A stretch of 64,000 nt of DNA, from the NCBI GenBank assembly GCA_043228905.1, contig JBHGNT010000012.1, positions 10,168,001 through 10,232,000 on the forward strand, in the 5' to 3' direction. Position numbers and translations under genes: made by a program. The DNA comes from Azolla caroliniana. Its lineage: Eukaryota; Plantae; Polypodiophyta. Of the stretch, positions 1 through 12,300 are shown one piece after another (positions within the stretch are counted from its first letter, which is position 1; each line of letters starts with the position of its first letter). A model generated the notes under the pieces. It was not told the origin of the DNA and did not search any database. It was given only the letters and a program-made list of their open reading frames with translations.

Positions 1-1653
1 TTGGGGCATTTTTGTATGGTAGGTTTTGACCTATGCTTCCGCTAAAATTTAAATGTTCTATTATCAATATGAGTAGCCTCACTTCTTTTTATCTTGTACC
101 TTGTACTATTGAGCTTTATGGTCTATTAGCATGTTTATCTCATCCAATCAAAAGAGAAATACGACCATTGACTCTAAATGAATGTTGGAAATGGTGGCAT
201 GGCTTCTTTTAAACTTCTAATCTCAATTCTACTTTGTCAATATCTTTTGATTCACCACACAACTAGGGTTTTAGTGCTCTAGGATTTGGTATTTCATTAA
301 CTCTTTTCAATATGGGCTAGTGTTAATAACCCTTCAATCTTTAGTGTTGCTTTTTTTTTGGACATGAAAAGCAAAACAGAACAAGAAAAGTATGAAAAGG
401 CTATCTATGTGCCACCTATTAGCACATAAGGGATGGTGGCATTGGGTAAAGAGAAGATACTACATGATATGGTTATGTCATATTTGTGATATGCAAAATA
501 TTGAAATAGACAAGGCACATTTGTTAGCTACAAACAAAATGCTAGAAAAGTCCACATAATTTATAATAGTAAAATGTCTTGAAGGCCTTTTACAAAAGTG
601 GAAAGGAAAGAGTGAGTATTTTCCATCATAAGCTACAGGTTTAGAAGAAATACAATTTTCCAGGGTAACATGAACAACCATGCTAATAAGAACTAAGGGG
701 AGAAGGCATGTTGGTGCATGCAAAACAATATTTATAGAGTAATGAGGTCAGGTTCCAAATTGAAGTGGAGGATCCACACTAGGACATATTCATATAACTT
801 GAAATAAATGAGAGTTACTGTGGTAAGTCTTTAAGTCTTTCAATTCCGAATTTAGGATTGCATGTATAAAAACACATTCCTTATCTCTCATAGTTTGGAA
901 ATTGATCTCCAATCCTATACGATTGTAGCAAGAATAATCATTTTCTACAATCAAATAATTTTGAGTGTTCCTTTATGCCCCCAAATGATTTTAATTTTTT
1001 CCCTATTTCGATCCCCTCTCAACTAATTATATGTGCTTGTAACAGAACTAGATAAGTTTGATGCGGTCATTTGGGGAAATTGCAAAAGTGGTATTTGTAG
1101 AAACACTAGAAAACTTGAGGGTATTCCAAAGTTATATCTAGCGTAAAATAGGTATCTCTATAGCCATTTCAATTGTTTGTCACTCAAGATACTTCAACAA
1201 GCCTCCAAAGTTGCTCTACAAAAACAAATTTGAGATTTGTTTCATGCTATTTTTCTTGTTGCAAGATAGACTTTTGCCTAGAGGCCCAAAAAACATGCAA
1301 ATAGGTGGTGTAGCTTTATTTTCTTGAGTGGGGAGAATCGGAATTTCTAATGAATGGCCTATTCGAGTAAATCAACCTACAACACAATAGTGAGATAAAC
1401 AGTAGATCCTCAAGTAACATCGTGGTCATGATTGAATGGAACACTACTTTTTAAAACTCCCTTCTTTAATCCGATTTAGATGCGGTTTTATAGTCTTCTT
1501 GAACCATGAGCATCCATGTAACCATTTCTACATTTTCTATTTGGATCAACTTAAAAACTTGGGTTGGTCTTCATCTAACACCCTAACACAAATAGATAAA
1601 TACATCGGCATGTAAAAGCAAAATGATCAACATAGACCTACGACATGTTTATT

Positions 1654-2062
1654 TGTTGGCTGAGGCCGAAACCGGAAATCGTGGAGATAGCCAACACGGA
1701 AGGCTAAGTTTGTAAATAGTCGAAAGGGTACATTAGTATATAAGTACTTAGGGCAATCATATTAGAGGTGTGCATTATTGTAAAATTACTGTTGATGAGG
1801 TTGTTGCCTCCGTAACTGTGAGAGTGAACGAGTGTGAGTGGAAGCGTGTGAGCTCCATAGCCGCCTGTTGGCGAAGCAGGATCTCGAGGTCGTTGCCTCT
1901 GAGATCTCTGATTGTATTCCTTTCTCTCATAGTGTTCTGTTTCGGAGTTTGTGGACTCCACGTGGTTTTTTCCCAGTTCGGGTTTCCACGTTAAAATCTG
2001 TGTCATTCTCAGTTTCTGTATTCTGTTTTTCCTTTCCATTAGATTGACTATTATTCCGCACA
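1654..2062 (+). mobile_element. Solo-LTR-like remnant related to the copia LTRs later in the window
   Basis: Starts TGTTGG and ends TTCCGCACA. Contains CTCCACGTGGTTTTTTCCCAGTTCGGGTTTCCACGTTAAAATCTGTGTC, similar to the sense-strand LTR motif of copia B/C (CTCCCGTGGTTTTTCCCGTACAGGGTTTTCCACGTTAAATCGTGTG). No TSD found, so the ends are uncertain. Confidence 0.5.
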
Positions 2063-3133
2063 CGTAGAAATGGTTGTGGCCGACAACGATTTCACTTCAA
2101 TACACTTGTACATAGTCAACAACCATTTCGACTACATGGTCTATATACATTTCTAAGCATTTACTTAGTAGAATTATTAGACATCGGTACACAGTTCTAC
2201 TATTTGTTCCTTCTCTTTAATAACTTCTCCCATTTGTTAAGTTCTCTCTCATTAAATATGATATGATATGGCATTAAATATGATATGAATCTCGAGGGTA
2301 TGGCATGTGTATGCAATGTTGGTTACTCTTTCCAATGCACATGCAAAGGGGAGTTCTCTTCAATATGGCAGCTTCAAACATACAAATAGAAATTCTTTGC
2401 AACTCTTGCAACCAAAACCATTACATCGAATACAATGTCACGAAGTTGTCCTCGATGAATGAGTTTCACCATTGTCCAAGATATATATAAATACATACAT
2501 GTATGTTTTTGAACGACAACAGTATTTTTTTCCTTTCTACCACCATGATTCCAACATTATATATACGTACAATACATAAATTGCAATATCCCTGTTTAGG
2601 AATGGTAGTGTGACGGTAGTACAACACCACAACCCAAGTGCATATGTACAATGGTAACATTTGAAATGGTAGCATATTCTTTTGGAAAGACAATGCCTTT
2701 TCGACAACCACATGCATATTCATAGATTTGAATGATGTAATGGAGTAAGGGAAATATGATATTAAAGCTGGGATTGTCAAAATCTATGCATTTTAGATCT
2801 TTTTCGATTGAAACTATGTGACAATATTATGAAACAAAGAACATACTTTTGCAATCAGAAGTAGAAAACTTTGATGGATTCACATTTGCATCGTTTGTAG
2901 GCAGAACATCGACTCCAAACATATATTATGTGGAAGCCAAAAGTTGACATCTAAAATGGGAAATTGTTTCAGATGAACACTCATAATTCTTATTCAAGAG
3001 AGGTACTTTTCTTTCTTCATTTACAGTGATAATGTGGGAAGTATGAAAGAAAAACAAAATAATATGTTTATTCGTCGTGAATGTCCAATCTCAGCCAAGA
3101 ATCTCTGAAAGGAAACAAACACTGGACAGCATT

Positions 3134-3187
3134 CTAAAGAGTCATCTCATAAGGTCGCATCATAGCGTTGTCTTCGTGATCAAGAAT
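3134..3187 (-). CDS. LPR1: LPR-type multicopper oxidase exon 5 ([17 protein letters not shown])
   Basis: TGCAG acceptor, completes the HCH-ILDHED-M type-1 copper motif, TAG stop at 3134-3136. Not in the ORF track. Confidence 0.9.
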   Translation of the reverse strand: MLDHEDNAMMRPYEMTL

Positions 3188-5850
3188 CTGCATTATCCAC
3201 AAACGACGAAAAATATTAGGTTCAATCATTGCAAAGACTAGAATTTAGAGTTGGAGTAAATAAATCAAGGATAGATCAACATGGATGTTTTATTTTCCAT
3301 TGTTGTTTTCTAGGAACACCCATGTTGAATCTAGCACAAAAACACCTTACTTCAAGAAGGTATTGTCTTTACATTAGACTTGTCTCGTCAAAGTGAGCAA
3401 AAAGAAAGAGGCAAAGAAAGGCATTTTCCATTGAACTTCCTCTAACATCATAGAACCAAAATTTATAAAGAGAAAAAGAGAGATGGGGACTCACATGGCA
3501 ATGGTAAGTATAACCGGGCTCTCCTGTGGGATCAAAGGGAAATGGCTGACCACTCGGAAGTGCGAATCGTAGAATTATCGTGGTCACATAAGAAGGCTTC
3601 ATCTTGAAAACATTCTTCCAACCAGCCTCATTAGGATGGGGTGGTTTTAGAGGTCCATACAAATAGCTCTCCAATTCGCAATCCTCTACACCTCGGTTCT
3701 TCAATACACATGCACTCAACTTATCCACATCTTTAAGCCTTTGCTGGTACACTACTTGGAATCCAGCAAGGTGCACATGGAAAGGGTGGTTGTCTGGGGT
3801 GAGGTTGATGATTCTCCACACTTCAGTCGTTCCAATCTTTGGCTTCTCGGTGACGGTATCGGTAAATTTCTTGAAATTTATCAAGAGATGTGTCGGCTCA
3901 CCATTCGAAGATGAATCAAATTCGTATAAGGTTATGTTCCGAGTTGTGACCGAATTGTTCATGCTTAGCTTCTGGACTTCGACAAGTTTATCGGGGATTC
4001 GAGATTTGTCATGAAAAAAAGCCCACCGCCTACCAACCACAAATTTCATCACTTTTCCGTTCCTATCGTTCACGGGGTCCCCATCGGGGAACGGATATAC
4101 AGCATCATTTGTCATAATGATATGCCTGGATTTAGATGTGGAGAAATCTACAACCACATCTATAATTTCTGATGGTGCCACCAACACCTTTTTTAGATGA
4201 ATGGGTTTCTCAAAATAGAAACTATCGGCTCCGATTTGGGTAAAATGCATACCGTTGTCGAATGCCAACCGGTAGAACCTCGCATTGCTAGCATTGATAA
4301 TCCTGAATCTGTATTTTCTTCTCTGCACCTTCAGGTATGGCCATGCCTTTCCATTTACCAATACAACATCTCCAAAATACTCTGGCTGAAAATAAATGCA
4401 CACATTCAGCCAAAAAAGAGAGAAAGTTCACTAGAAGAAAACAGCAATGGAGTAAAAACTAACATGCACTCATAGTCATTTTCCTGATCTTTAAAAGCAT
4501 TCATTGCCATAACGACAAACTTCTACCTGCCATTCGGGATGTATATCTGGATTGTCACCGGTAGAGTTGATATAGATTTGTCCGTTCTTTGTAAAGCTCC
4601 GATCCATAATGACAAGTTCGATATCGAATCTCTCGTGAGGAAGCTTCCAAATATCATGTTCAAGGATCGGGTTAATAATCTTATAAGCACCCACCATGCC
4701 GGCTAACAAGTTCAAGCGTGTGAAAGCATCAGCATGGTCATGATACCACAAGTTACTTGTCTCCTTGACATTTGTATACTCATAGACCTCGTTCGTCCAC
4801 TTTGGCCCTTTCTCCTCGAAACCATGGGTGAACCATGCGAGTGCATTGCCATCACTCTTCGGTTCGCTCATGCCACCATGCAAGTGCACAACAGTAGGAA
4901 TACCTGGGTAACGAAGAAAGGACCACAAAGCACAACAAAGAAGGTGGGTCAAAAAACAAGAGTGTCACTCTTTACTGGTGGGTTTTATTGTATCTTTGGA
5001 TTATCTATAGTGTTAAAACATAGATTCGAATATGTGCACCCATAAGTTGTTGACAGTTGAGGTGATAAAAGACCATTTTTCACCAAGGGATACAGGGTAT
5101 CTCAATCAATAGGTTTCGGCTTCGGGTCATTAAATAATATGTGAGGAAAGCAATCATGAATTGTTATGTACCTTTCTTAAGGCTGGGACCGCCGATCGTG
5201 TCGTCAGCATCAAAGATGTGATGGTTTGGCAGGTGATTTTCCCACCTCACATATGTCTTCACGCCATGCATTGCCACGATCGTCGGGCCTGGCACTGTTG
5301 CCTGCTCCTCTGACTCGCCATACGCAAACACCTGAGATGGCGGAAGATCTCTATGGAATTTCTGCCATCCATATCCCATGCCAAGTTCTTCTTCTTTTTA
5401 GTATGCTATGCTATGGGAATTACTAATGAAGAAGAAAAGGGGGAATTAACAATATCTATTTAGGTTTAGAGACAATGAATAAAGACATAGGCACATACAT
5501 ACATACATACATACCCATTGTTTGAGATACATGCCAATGGTGAGGTTGTTGGGTAGCAGGTGAACATGTCCATGGCTCGTTTCTGTGCAGAAGCCATGGA
5601 GAATGGGCATCCTGGGGAGCTCGTCAACGAACATGTCGAGAGCCATGGCATCCTGCAAGAGGGTAGCTTCAGTTGCTCCGCCCTTGGCATCATCATCAGG
5701 AGTAGCAGCAGCGAGTGATGGGTGGGGGGGCATCATCATAGAAGAAAGCAAGATAGCCATGATTAGGATGCATATGCAATGCCTCTTCCTGGCCAGAAGA
5801 AAAATGTGGGGCCGTAGAGGATCGATGAGAGGTAGCACCACCTGCAGCAT
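3134..5850 (-). CDS. LPR1: Multicopper oxidase, LPR1/LPR2 (CotA/bilirubin oxidase-like) family; 5 exons, about 615 aa
   Basis: Exons 5850-5515, 5361-5172, 4903-4527, 4385-3495 and 3187-3134 join in frame across GT..AG introns. Copper motifs are HLHGG, WYHDH, HPFHVH and [14 protein letters not shown]. Also shows [23 protein letters not shown] and an N-terminal hydrophobic signal-like segment. The start codon is uncertain (5850, 5760 or an upstream ATG), and LPR1 versus LPR2 orthology is not resolvable. Confidence 0.92.
3495..4385 (-). CDS. LPR1: LPR-type multicopper oxidase exon 4
   Basis: TTTCAG acceptor, PEYFGD...YHCH, GTGAGT donor. Confidence 0.92.
4527..4903 (-). CDS. LPR1: LPR-type multicopper oxidase exon 3
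   Basis: CCCAG acceptor, [10 protein letters not shown]...WYHDH...HPEWQ, GTAGAA donor. Confidence 0.9.
5172..5361 (-). CDS. LPR1: LPR-type multicopper oxidase exon 2
   Basis: GGCAG acceptor, KFHRDLPP...VPGPTI...WENHLP, phase-1 GTACAT donor. Confidence 0.88.
5515..5850 (-). CDS. LPR1: LPR-type multicopper oxidase exon 1 (start uncertain)
   Basis: Signal-like [44 protein letters not shown] donor. Confidence 0.8.
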
Positions 5851-6239
5851 ATATATATACATATACATATACATATACATGATGATGATGGATATGGTGA
5901 TGGTGGTGGTGGTGTGGTCTCTTGGAGAAAGAGCAGAACGCAAAAAACACACAAGAAGTGAATAAAAGGGAAGGGGGCTGACAGCAGAGATTTGCTCCTG
6001 GAAATGAAAGAAACGAAGTTCTTAAATACACACACAACACAAGACAAGACAGAGAAAGAGAAGAGAGGCTTCTTCTAAATTTAAACCAGAAAGGTCTGTC
6101 TGTCTGTCTCTCTCTCTGACAAAGTTTTTTTGGTCTTTTCTTTTTGTGTGTTGGTCTTTTGCACAGCCTAATTCTAATTTCTGATGCTCTCTCTCTCTCT
6201 CTCTCTCTCTCTGTGTCCTCATCCTGGTAATATTAGCGT

Positions 6240-6297
6240 CACGTGCGCATGTATTTCAAGCACGTGCGGCCACACAGCCCCCACACACATGCACGTG
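6240..6297. promoter_or_regulatory. Cluster of three G-boxes (CACGTG) upstream of the LPR gene
   Basis: CACGTG at 6240, 6261 and 6292, flanked by a (CT)n tract (about 6188-6212) and (ATCC)n (about 6317-6348). Function is inferred from position only. Confidence 0.45.
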
Positions 6298-7545
6298 ACC
6301 CACCCACCCTCCAACCCATCCATCCATCCATCCATCCATCCATCCATCCAGAAGAGCTTCTGCTGCACCACCATTTCACCAAATCTATGTTACGCCAGGC
6401 ATGGCATGTTGATGATGATAGATCGACGTGCAAAATAAGAACTTTAGAAAGAAAATCACAAAGAAAGACCATAGCTCTTCTTCAGAAGCATCAGTACTGA
6501 AAAGAAAAGAAAAGAAAAGACAAAAAAACCCAACGGAGTCGTTGCAGGATGCATTGGGTAACAATTCAGCGGCTTGATTCTGCAGAAACATAAAATGAGT
6601 CCTTTAAATTGGAGGATGCCCATACATATAGCTTTTTACGCCCACAAAGTTCCAGCAAGGCGATGGATTGGATTGGATTGGATTGGGCAGAAGATTGTAG
6701 GCGAGCATTCATTCCATCACCGAGAAATTAAAGGTTGACGATGATCACCAATTTCGATGAAATGGTGGAAGGAACTGATTTTAGATGAAACCCCAATTAT
6801 AGGGCGAAGACCTAATACAAGGCATTCGATTAAAAAGGAATTATGGAATGTTGTTGTTATATATATCTCTGAAATATATGTATGGATTGAGATAAACAAT
6901 CCCAATTCTGAATCAAACACATTGACCAAAAAACAATTATTAAGAAGAAGGATGATCTGTCAGAGAATCTTCTGATCCACAATCACACTGGGCCAGCCTT
7001 CATGGCACCCTACAAACCATTTAAAAGGGAATCAACAAATCAAATCGGATTGAGCTATGGAAGCAATCAGTGATATGGGACAATCTAAACACCCACAATC
7101 AATCCAAACCCACTGTCTGTTGCTTGCACAGATTCTGCAGAGGAATCAGAGATGAAAGATCGGCTCGTTGATTCATATCACCCAAAACATAGGTAGGCGA
7201 CAAGTGCTGTATATTTATAGCCCCCCCCACCCACCCACCCACAAAAACAAATGTCCGATCCGAGCACATCTTCTAGCAATTAAGATCAACAATGGTGAAG
7301 CTCATTCCAGGTGGATCGGTTTGTGCAGTAACAATTATATGCATGAATTGGATCGCATAATTAATCATGGGTTGGCCACGACTGTTGTTACCGAATATGA
7401 TCATATGTATATACATAATTGGATGAATTTGATTGCTTGGGCATACCATCATACTCCAATCATTCCCTGAAAGTTTGAGAGAATTCAAATGATAATATGC
7501 CTTGTTAAGTACTAGGAATTGGCAAAGGCTTGGCTCAAGCTTGAA

Positions 7546-7736
7546 CCTCTTAGAATATAAAATAAAGAATAATATTAGGAGAAAAATAAAAGATATTTTG
7601 ATAAATAAAGTAAGAAATAATTATTCCTAAAATACCCCTCCTCTTAGAATATAAAATAAAGAATAATATTAGAAGAAAAAATAAAAGATATTTTGATAAA
7701 TAAAGTAAGAAATAATTATTCCTAAAATACCCCTCT
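7546..7736. repeat. AT-rich tandem duplication, two units of about 95 bp
   Basis: CCTCTTAGAATATAAAATAAAGAATAATATTAG...CCTAAAATACCCCTC occurs twice head to tail. Confidence 0.8.
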
Positions 7737-7863
7737 TTTATAAAATCGTGTTTTGTATCTACCCTGTCTCTTATATATACACAACACATTACCCCTCTTT
7801 TATAAAAACGTTTTGCAATTACCCTCTCTCTTAATATATACACACATTACACATTGTAATCAC

Positions 7864-7918
7864 TATGCATGAATTGGATCGCATAAGTAATCATGGGTTG
7901 GCCACGACTGTTGTTACC
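7864..7918. repeat. 55-bp dispersed duplication of 7338-7392
   Basis: TATGCATGAATTGGATCGCATAA(T/G)TAATCATGGGTTGGCCACGACTGTTGTTACC with one mismatch. The second copy runs directly into the telomeric repeats. Confidence 0.9.
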
Positions 7919-7955
7919 CTAAACCCTAAACCCTAAACCCTAAACCCTAAACCCT
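7917..7955 (+). repeat. Interstitial plant telomeric repeat (CCCTAAA)5 CCCT
   Basis: Five perfect heptamers followed by (CT)5 and then the LINE 5' UTR. Confidence 0.97.
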
Positions 7956-8102
7956 CTCTCTCTCTGCAACGGTCGTGCGCCAGCAGCAACGGTCGTGCGC
8001 CACGCTGTCGTCGCTGTCGTCTGCGACGTCTGTCGCCGCCTGCTACCGAGTTGCAGTCCCCCCCCATCGTGCGCTGCTGTCGTCTGTTGCCGCGCTGCCG
8101 CC

Positions 8103-8240
8103 TCTGACGTCCGTCGCCGTCTGCTGCCGTCTGCTGACGTCCGTCGCCGTTTGCTGCCGTCTGCTGACGTCCGTCGCCGTCTGCTGCCGTCTGCTGCCGT
8201 CCGTCGCCGTCTGCTGACGTCCGTCGCCGTCTGCTGCCGT
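8103..8240 (+). repeat. 30-bp tandem repeat in the LINE-a 5' UTR
   Basis: CTGACGTCCGTCGCCGTCTGCTGCCGTCTG, about 4-5 units. Confidence 0.85.
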
Positions 8241-8492
8241 CGGCGTGCTGGACGACCTACTGCAGTTCGTCATCATCCGTTGTAGTCGCCGTTGCCGTTG
8301 CCGTGCTCTTCTCCACCTTGTTTCTTGAGGTTGCCGAGTGTCACGTTTCTTCTCTTGGCGGCGCATCCTTGTTCTTTTTAGCGTGCTCGTCGTGTGCGAA
8401 ATGCCAATGTGACTACGACATAACACAAACTCGGCTAAGTCTCGAACCCATTTATTTTATCCTTTTTCTTTTCTTTTCTTATTGACACTACA

Positions 8493-9299
8493 ATGTCTAA
8501 ACGAAAGGAACACAAGGATACACAAGACGAGGCTATAAGTAAGGAGGACTTTTTGGATATGTTTAACCGTTTAACAAAAATAGAGACGGATATGAAAAAA
8601 TGGGTGAAAGACGCCGAAACCCACAAGAAAAAAGATAGAGAGGAAAAAGACACCCTCAAGGCCGAAATAGAAAAACTTAAAGAGGAAAACACAAACCTCA
8701 AACAACAACTTAATGACATCAAGGTATCCCGAGAGGACGGTGAAATATCCTCCATAGAGGATATAAAAGATGAGATCAAAAAAGTTAAAGAGGAGGTTAA
8801 AAATAACATAGAATTAGCAAAAACGGGTTGGGTAGATGTCGTTAAAAGAAACATTAAAAAAGAAATAAAGGATGAAAATATTGTTAATACCACCCTCGAA
8901 GAGGAGAAAATGCGTCAGGCCCGACGCCTAAATGTGCGTGTCACTGGGCTCAAGGAAGGTGCATCCCCGGACGAGGATGCACAAACACTCGGGAAAATGT
9001 TAGGGTACACAACGACCCTACCTATTACCAAAGCTTGGAGGGCCGGACGCGACACAACTAGGAAGAGAGCCTTAGTTCTTCAATTTAAAGACTTAGACTC
9101 TAGAATCACTTTCTTTAAGAAGAGACCAATTCTTCGAGGATTGGGTGGGGACCCTATCTATCTCGATGAAGACCTCACCAAGATGCAAATTGAGCATCGC
9201 AAGAGTTGTATGCCAAAGGTTATGCAAGCTCGCAAAGACGGGCATCGCGCCTTTTATCGAGATGGGCGAGTGATCATAAATGATCGCACTACTAATTGA
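8493..9299 (+). CDS. LINE ORF1 protein (coiled coil plus RRM/CTD-like), 268 aa
   Basis: K/E-rich heptads followed by RRLNVRVTGLKE, RALVLQF and IYLDEDLT, typical LINE ORF1 motifs. A homologous decayed copy lies at 52111-52872. Confidence 0.88.
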   Translation: MSKRKEHKDTQDEAISKEDFLDMFNRLTKIETDMKKWVKDAETHKKKDREEKDTLKAEIEKLKEENTNLKQQLNDIKVSREDGEISSIEDIKDEIKKVKEEVKNNIELAKTGWVDVVKRNIKKEIKDENIVNTTLEEEKMRQARRLNVRVTGLKEGASPDEDAQTLGKMLGYTTTLPITKAWRAGRDTTRKRALVLQFKDLDSRITFFKKRPILRGLGGDPIYLDEDLTKMQIEHRKSCMPKVMQARKDGHRAFYRDGRVIINDRTTN

Positions 9300-9305
9300 C
9301 GGCGT

Positions 9306-12300
9306 GTGGCCCATGTGACAGAAAACACACTTAGGATGACCTTATGGAATTGTAACGGCGCACTCTGGACACACCCCGGCCGCCTAGAGGGGATATTAAA
9401 GGAATCAGATATAGTTTGCCTAGTAGAAACACACCAAAGCCCAAATAGGGGACTCCCACGAGTCGAAGGATTTCGTTGGGAGTCGGCTTTTAGACAAACC
9501 TCACGTCGATGCACTACCAGGGGATCTGGAGGTGTCGCAATATTGTTTCGGAGGGAGCTACATAATAGGATAGAAATACTGAGCACTGACCCAGAAGCTC
9601 GTTTTATGTGGGTGAAAGTCTCCACAAGCAAGGACAAGGCAGTAATTTTCGCCATTTGTTACTTCCCCCCAAAAGGCTCTCGTTATAATCTGGCTGGCGA
9701 GGCGAGATCAGTTGATGACGGAGTGCCACATGGGCCTTCCCCATATGAACCTCTATCGGATGACATAATCCGATATTCTTCCCAAGGCGAAGTATTCCTT
9801 GTAGGAGACTTTAATGCGAGAACCCAATCCCGACAATGCACAATATTTCAAATGAATAGAAACCTAGAAATGGTAAATGTCGATCCTTCAGACATAGACA
9901 CCACACGTAAATCAAAGGATCAAGGTGCAGACGCCACGAGCTTTGGCCATCATTTGCTCGAACTCGGTAGTCGGCACCAGATGGTCATATATAATGGTTT
10001 AGCCAAGTGGCCAGGTTCGGAAGAGCTCACATGTTTCCCACATGGAGGAGGGGAAAGCACAATCGATTATCTAATAGGACGCCCTGAAGCCACCCACATG
10101 ATTAACTCCTTCCGAGTGACCCCATGTCCTATTGGCGCGGACCATAGTTTCTTATACTTCGAGATAAAATGCGATATCTCTAACGTCACCAACTCTAGTC
10201 AACCACGCCATGACATCACAATACATTTCACACATGAGCTCTCTGACATATATGCTCGACATGTTCAAGCCCATCTCTCCTCCCTTGATCCCTCCCTACC
10301 TTTAGAGAGCCTTAATACGAAACTCACACACATCCTTCATTCTGCAGCGGTTAGCAGCTTCCCATACACGAAACACTCCAATCAAGGTAAAGTAGGATCT
10401 ATGCCACAAAATAGATGGTATGATGAGGATTGTAGGTGCTTACATCGACAACTTACAATATCGCAACTCAGTGGTAGTATTACCTCAGTACAAGCTCGTA
10501 AAGAAATGCGCAAGATGACACGTCGTAAGAGACGAGCATGGGAGGCATCCCAATATTGGGAACTCTACCACATGCTCATGAGTAACGATTGTGCCACTGC
10601 ATGGAAGAGATTACGGGAATCAAGACCACAAACACCCATCGAAGATCCCGAAACTTGGCACACTTATACAGAGAGACTTTACCACATCCCAAACCAACCA
10701 CCCATTCCAATGCCTTCCACACCCCGACCTACTGTGGGGACACTCTTCACGACCTCTAGGGTCACGAAGGTCATAAAGAAATTACAACATAGGAAGTCCA
10801 TGGACCACACAGGGTTGCGAGCAGAACACATCATATACGCGAGAGAGTGCCTAGCTCCCTTACTAACTCTAATCTTCAATCGTGCCCTTGCAGAGGGTTT
10901 TCCATCACAATGGACCATGAACACAGTGGCCCCCATACATAAGGGGGGGGACCCCATGGACCCAAATACTTATAGGACCATTATGATAGGTCATACCCTT
11001 GCTAAATTATATGGTGCAGTAATGGAGGCAGAGCTTAGCGAATATATGGAGACCTTAAATCTTCGTGCACCTGAACAGGCCGGCTTTAGACGAGCCTTCT
11101 CCACTATTGACCATATCTTCACACTTAGATGCTTAATTGACCAGACTAAGGCTCGCAAGAAGAAACTATATTGTTGTTTTGTGGACTTCCGCAAAGCCTT
11201 TGACACGGTCCCTAGAGAGCGGTTGTTTGATAGGCTTAAGAGCTTGAGGATACCAGATGACATGGTTTGGGCCATCTACGCACTATATGAACAAGTGTCC
11301 GGGTGTGTTCGATGCCCAGGCGGCATATCCGATAGTTTCACTAGCACTATTGGTGTAAAACAAGGTTGCCCCTTATCTCCGACTCTTTTTGGGATCTACA
11401 TTGATGAGATCACAGATTTTATTGCTCGTAAGGGAGGCAATGGAGTAGTCCTTGGAGATACGCAGGTGCGTATCTTGCTCTATGCAGATGACATAGTTTT
11501 GCTCTCTGAATCCGAACACGACCTACAAAGGCACCTTAATGCCTTAGATGACTTTTGCACACAACGAGGATTGGTAGTGAATCTAGGGAAAACTAAAGTC
11601 CTTATCTTCCACACGTCGGCCCAAGTTAGGGCTAAGTGTCACCTAACTATCTCCCATAGCCCAGTTGAGGTGGTTGGATCATATGTCTATCTCGGAGTCA
11701 CTTTCAGTGCCCGCTCAGGTAAATTTTCGATGACACAAGCAGCGAAGGATAGACTTACAAGAGGACATGCATCCCTCTCACTCCTCGAGAGACGATGCCA
11801 CCAAGCATACTTCCAAGAGCCACGAACTAAAGGGTGGCTCTTTGACTTATTAGTGACTCCCTCTCTCATGTATGCATCAGCGGTCTGGGCCCCAGGACTA
11901 CCATCTTTCATGTGGACGCAATTAGAGAGACCATTGGTGATGATGTTATCACGCCAACTCCGAAGCAAATCGTCGGTCCCACATGACATTATTAGGGCTG
12001 AGTTCACTCTACCCCCTATGTTAGTAGAAGCACTTTTTCAACTGGTAGTCTTTATACACAGGATACATAACCAACCACTTGATAGAATATCCCACCAAGC
12101 CTTTAAGGCTTCTCGAGCATTGTATGAGTCCGGCTATACTAGCTCATGGTATGGCATGATGGTGAGTTGGCTTCTTGCCAACGGTCTAGACATTACTAAC
12201 CTCCCCCCCCTTAAGTACGACCACACGAATGATAACACTTTACTCTCTCATGAGGACCGTAATAAAGTAATACGCCAAGAAATATGGCAAATTTATACCC

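Noticed and set aside
1-1650. Possible decayed TE coding sequence
   Set aside because: No motif could be recognised with confidence.
5696-6591. Short ORFs with His/Tyr/Arg-Glu runs
   Set aside because: Translations of microsatellites in the LPR leader and promoter.
7917-7955. True chromosome end
   Set aside because: Only five repeats, with ordinary sequence on both sides.
7975-8426. ORFs in the LINE 5' UTR
   Set aside because: They arise from stop-free triplet-based repeats and are not conserved in LINE-b.
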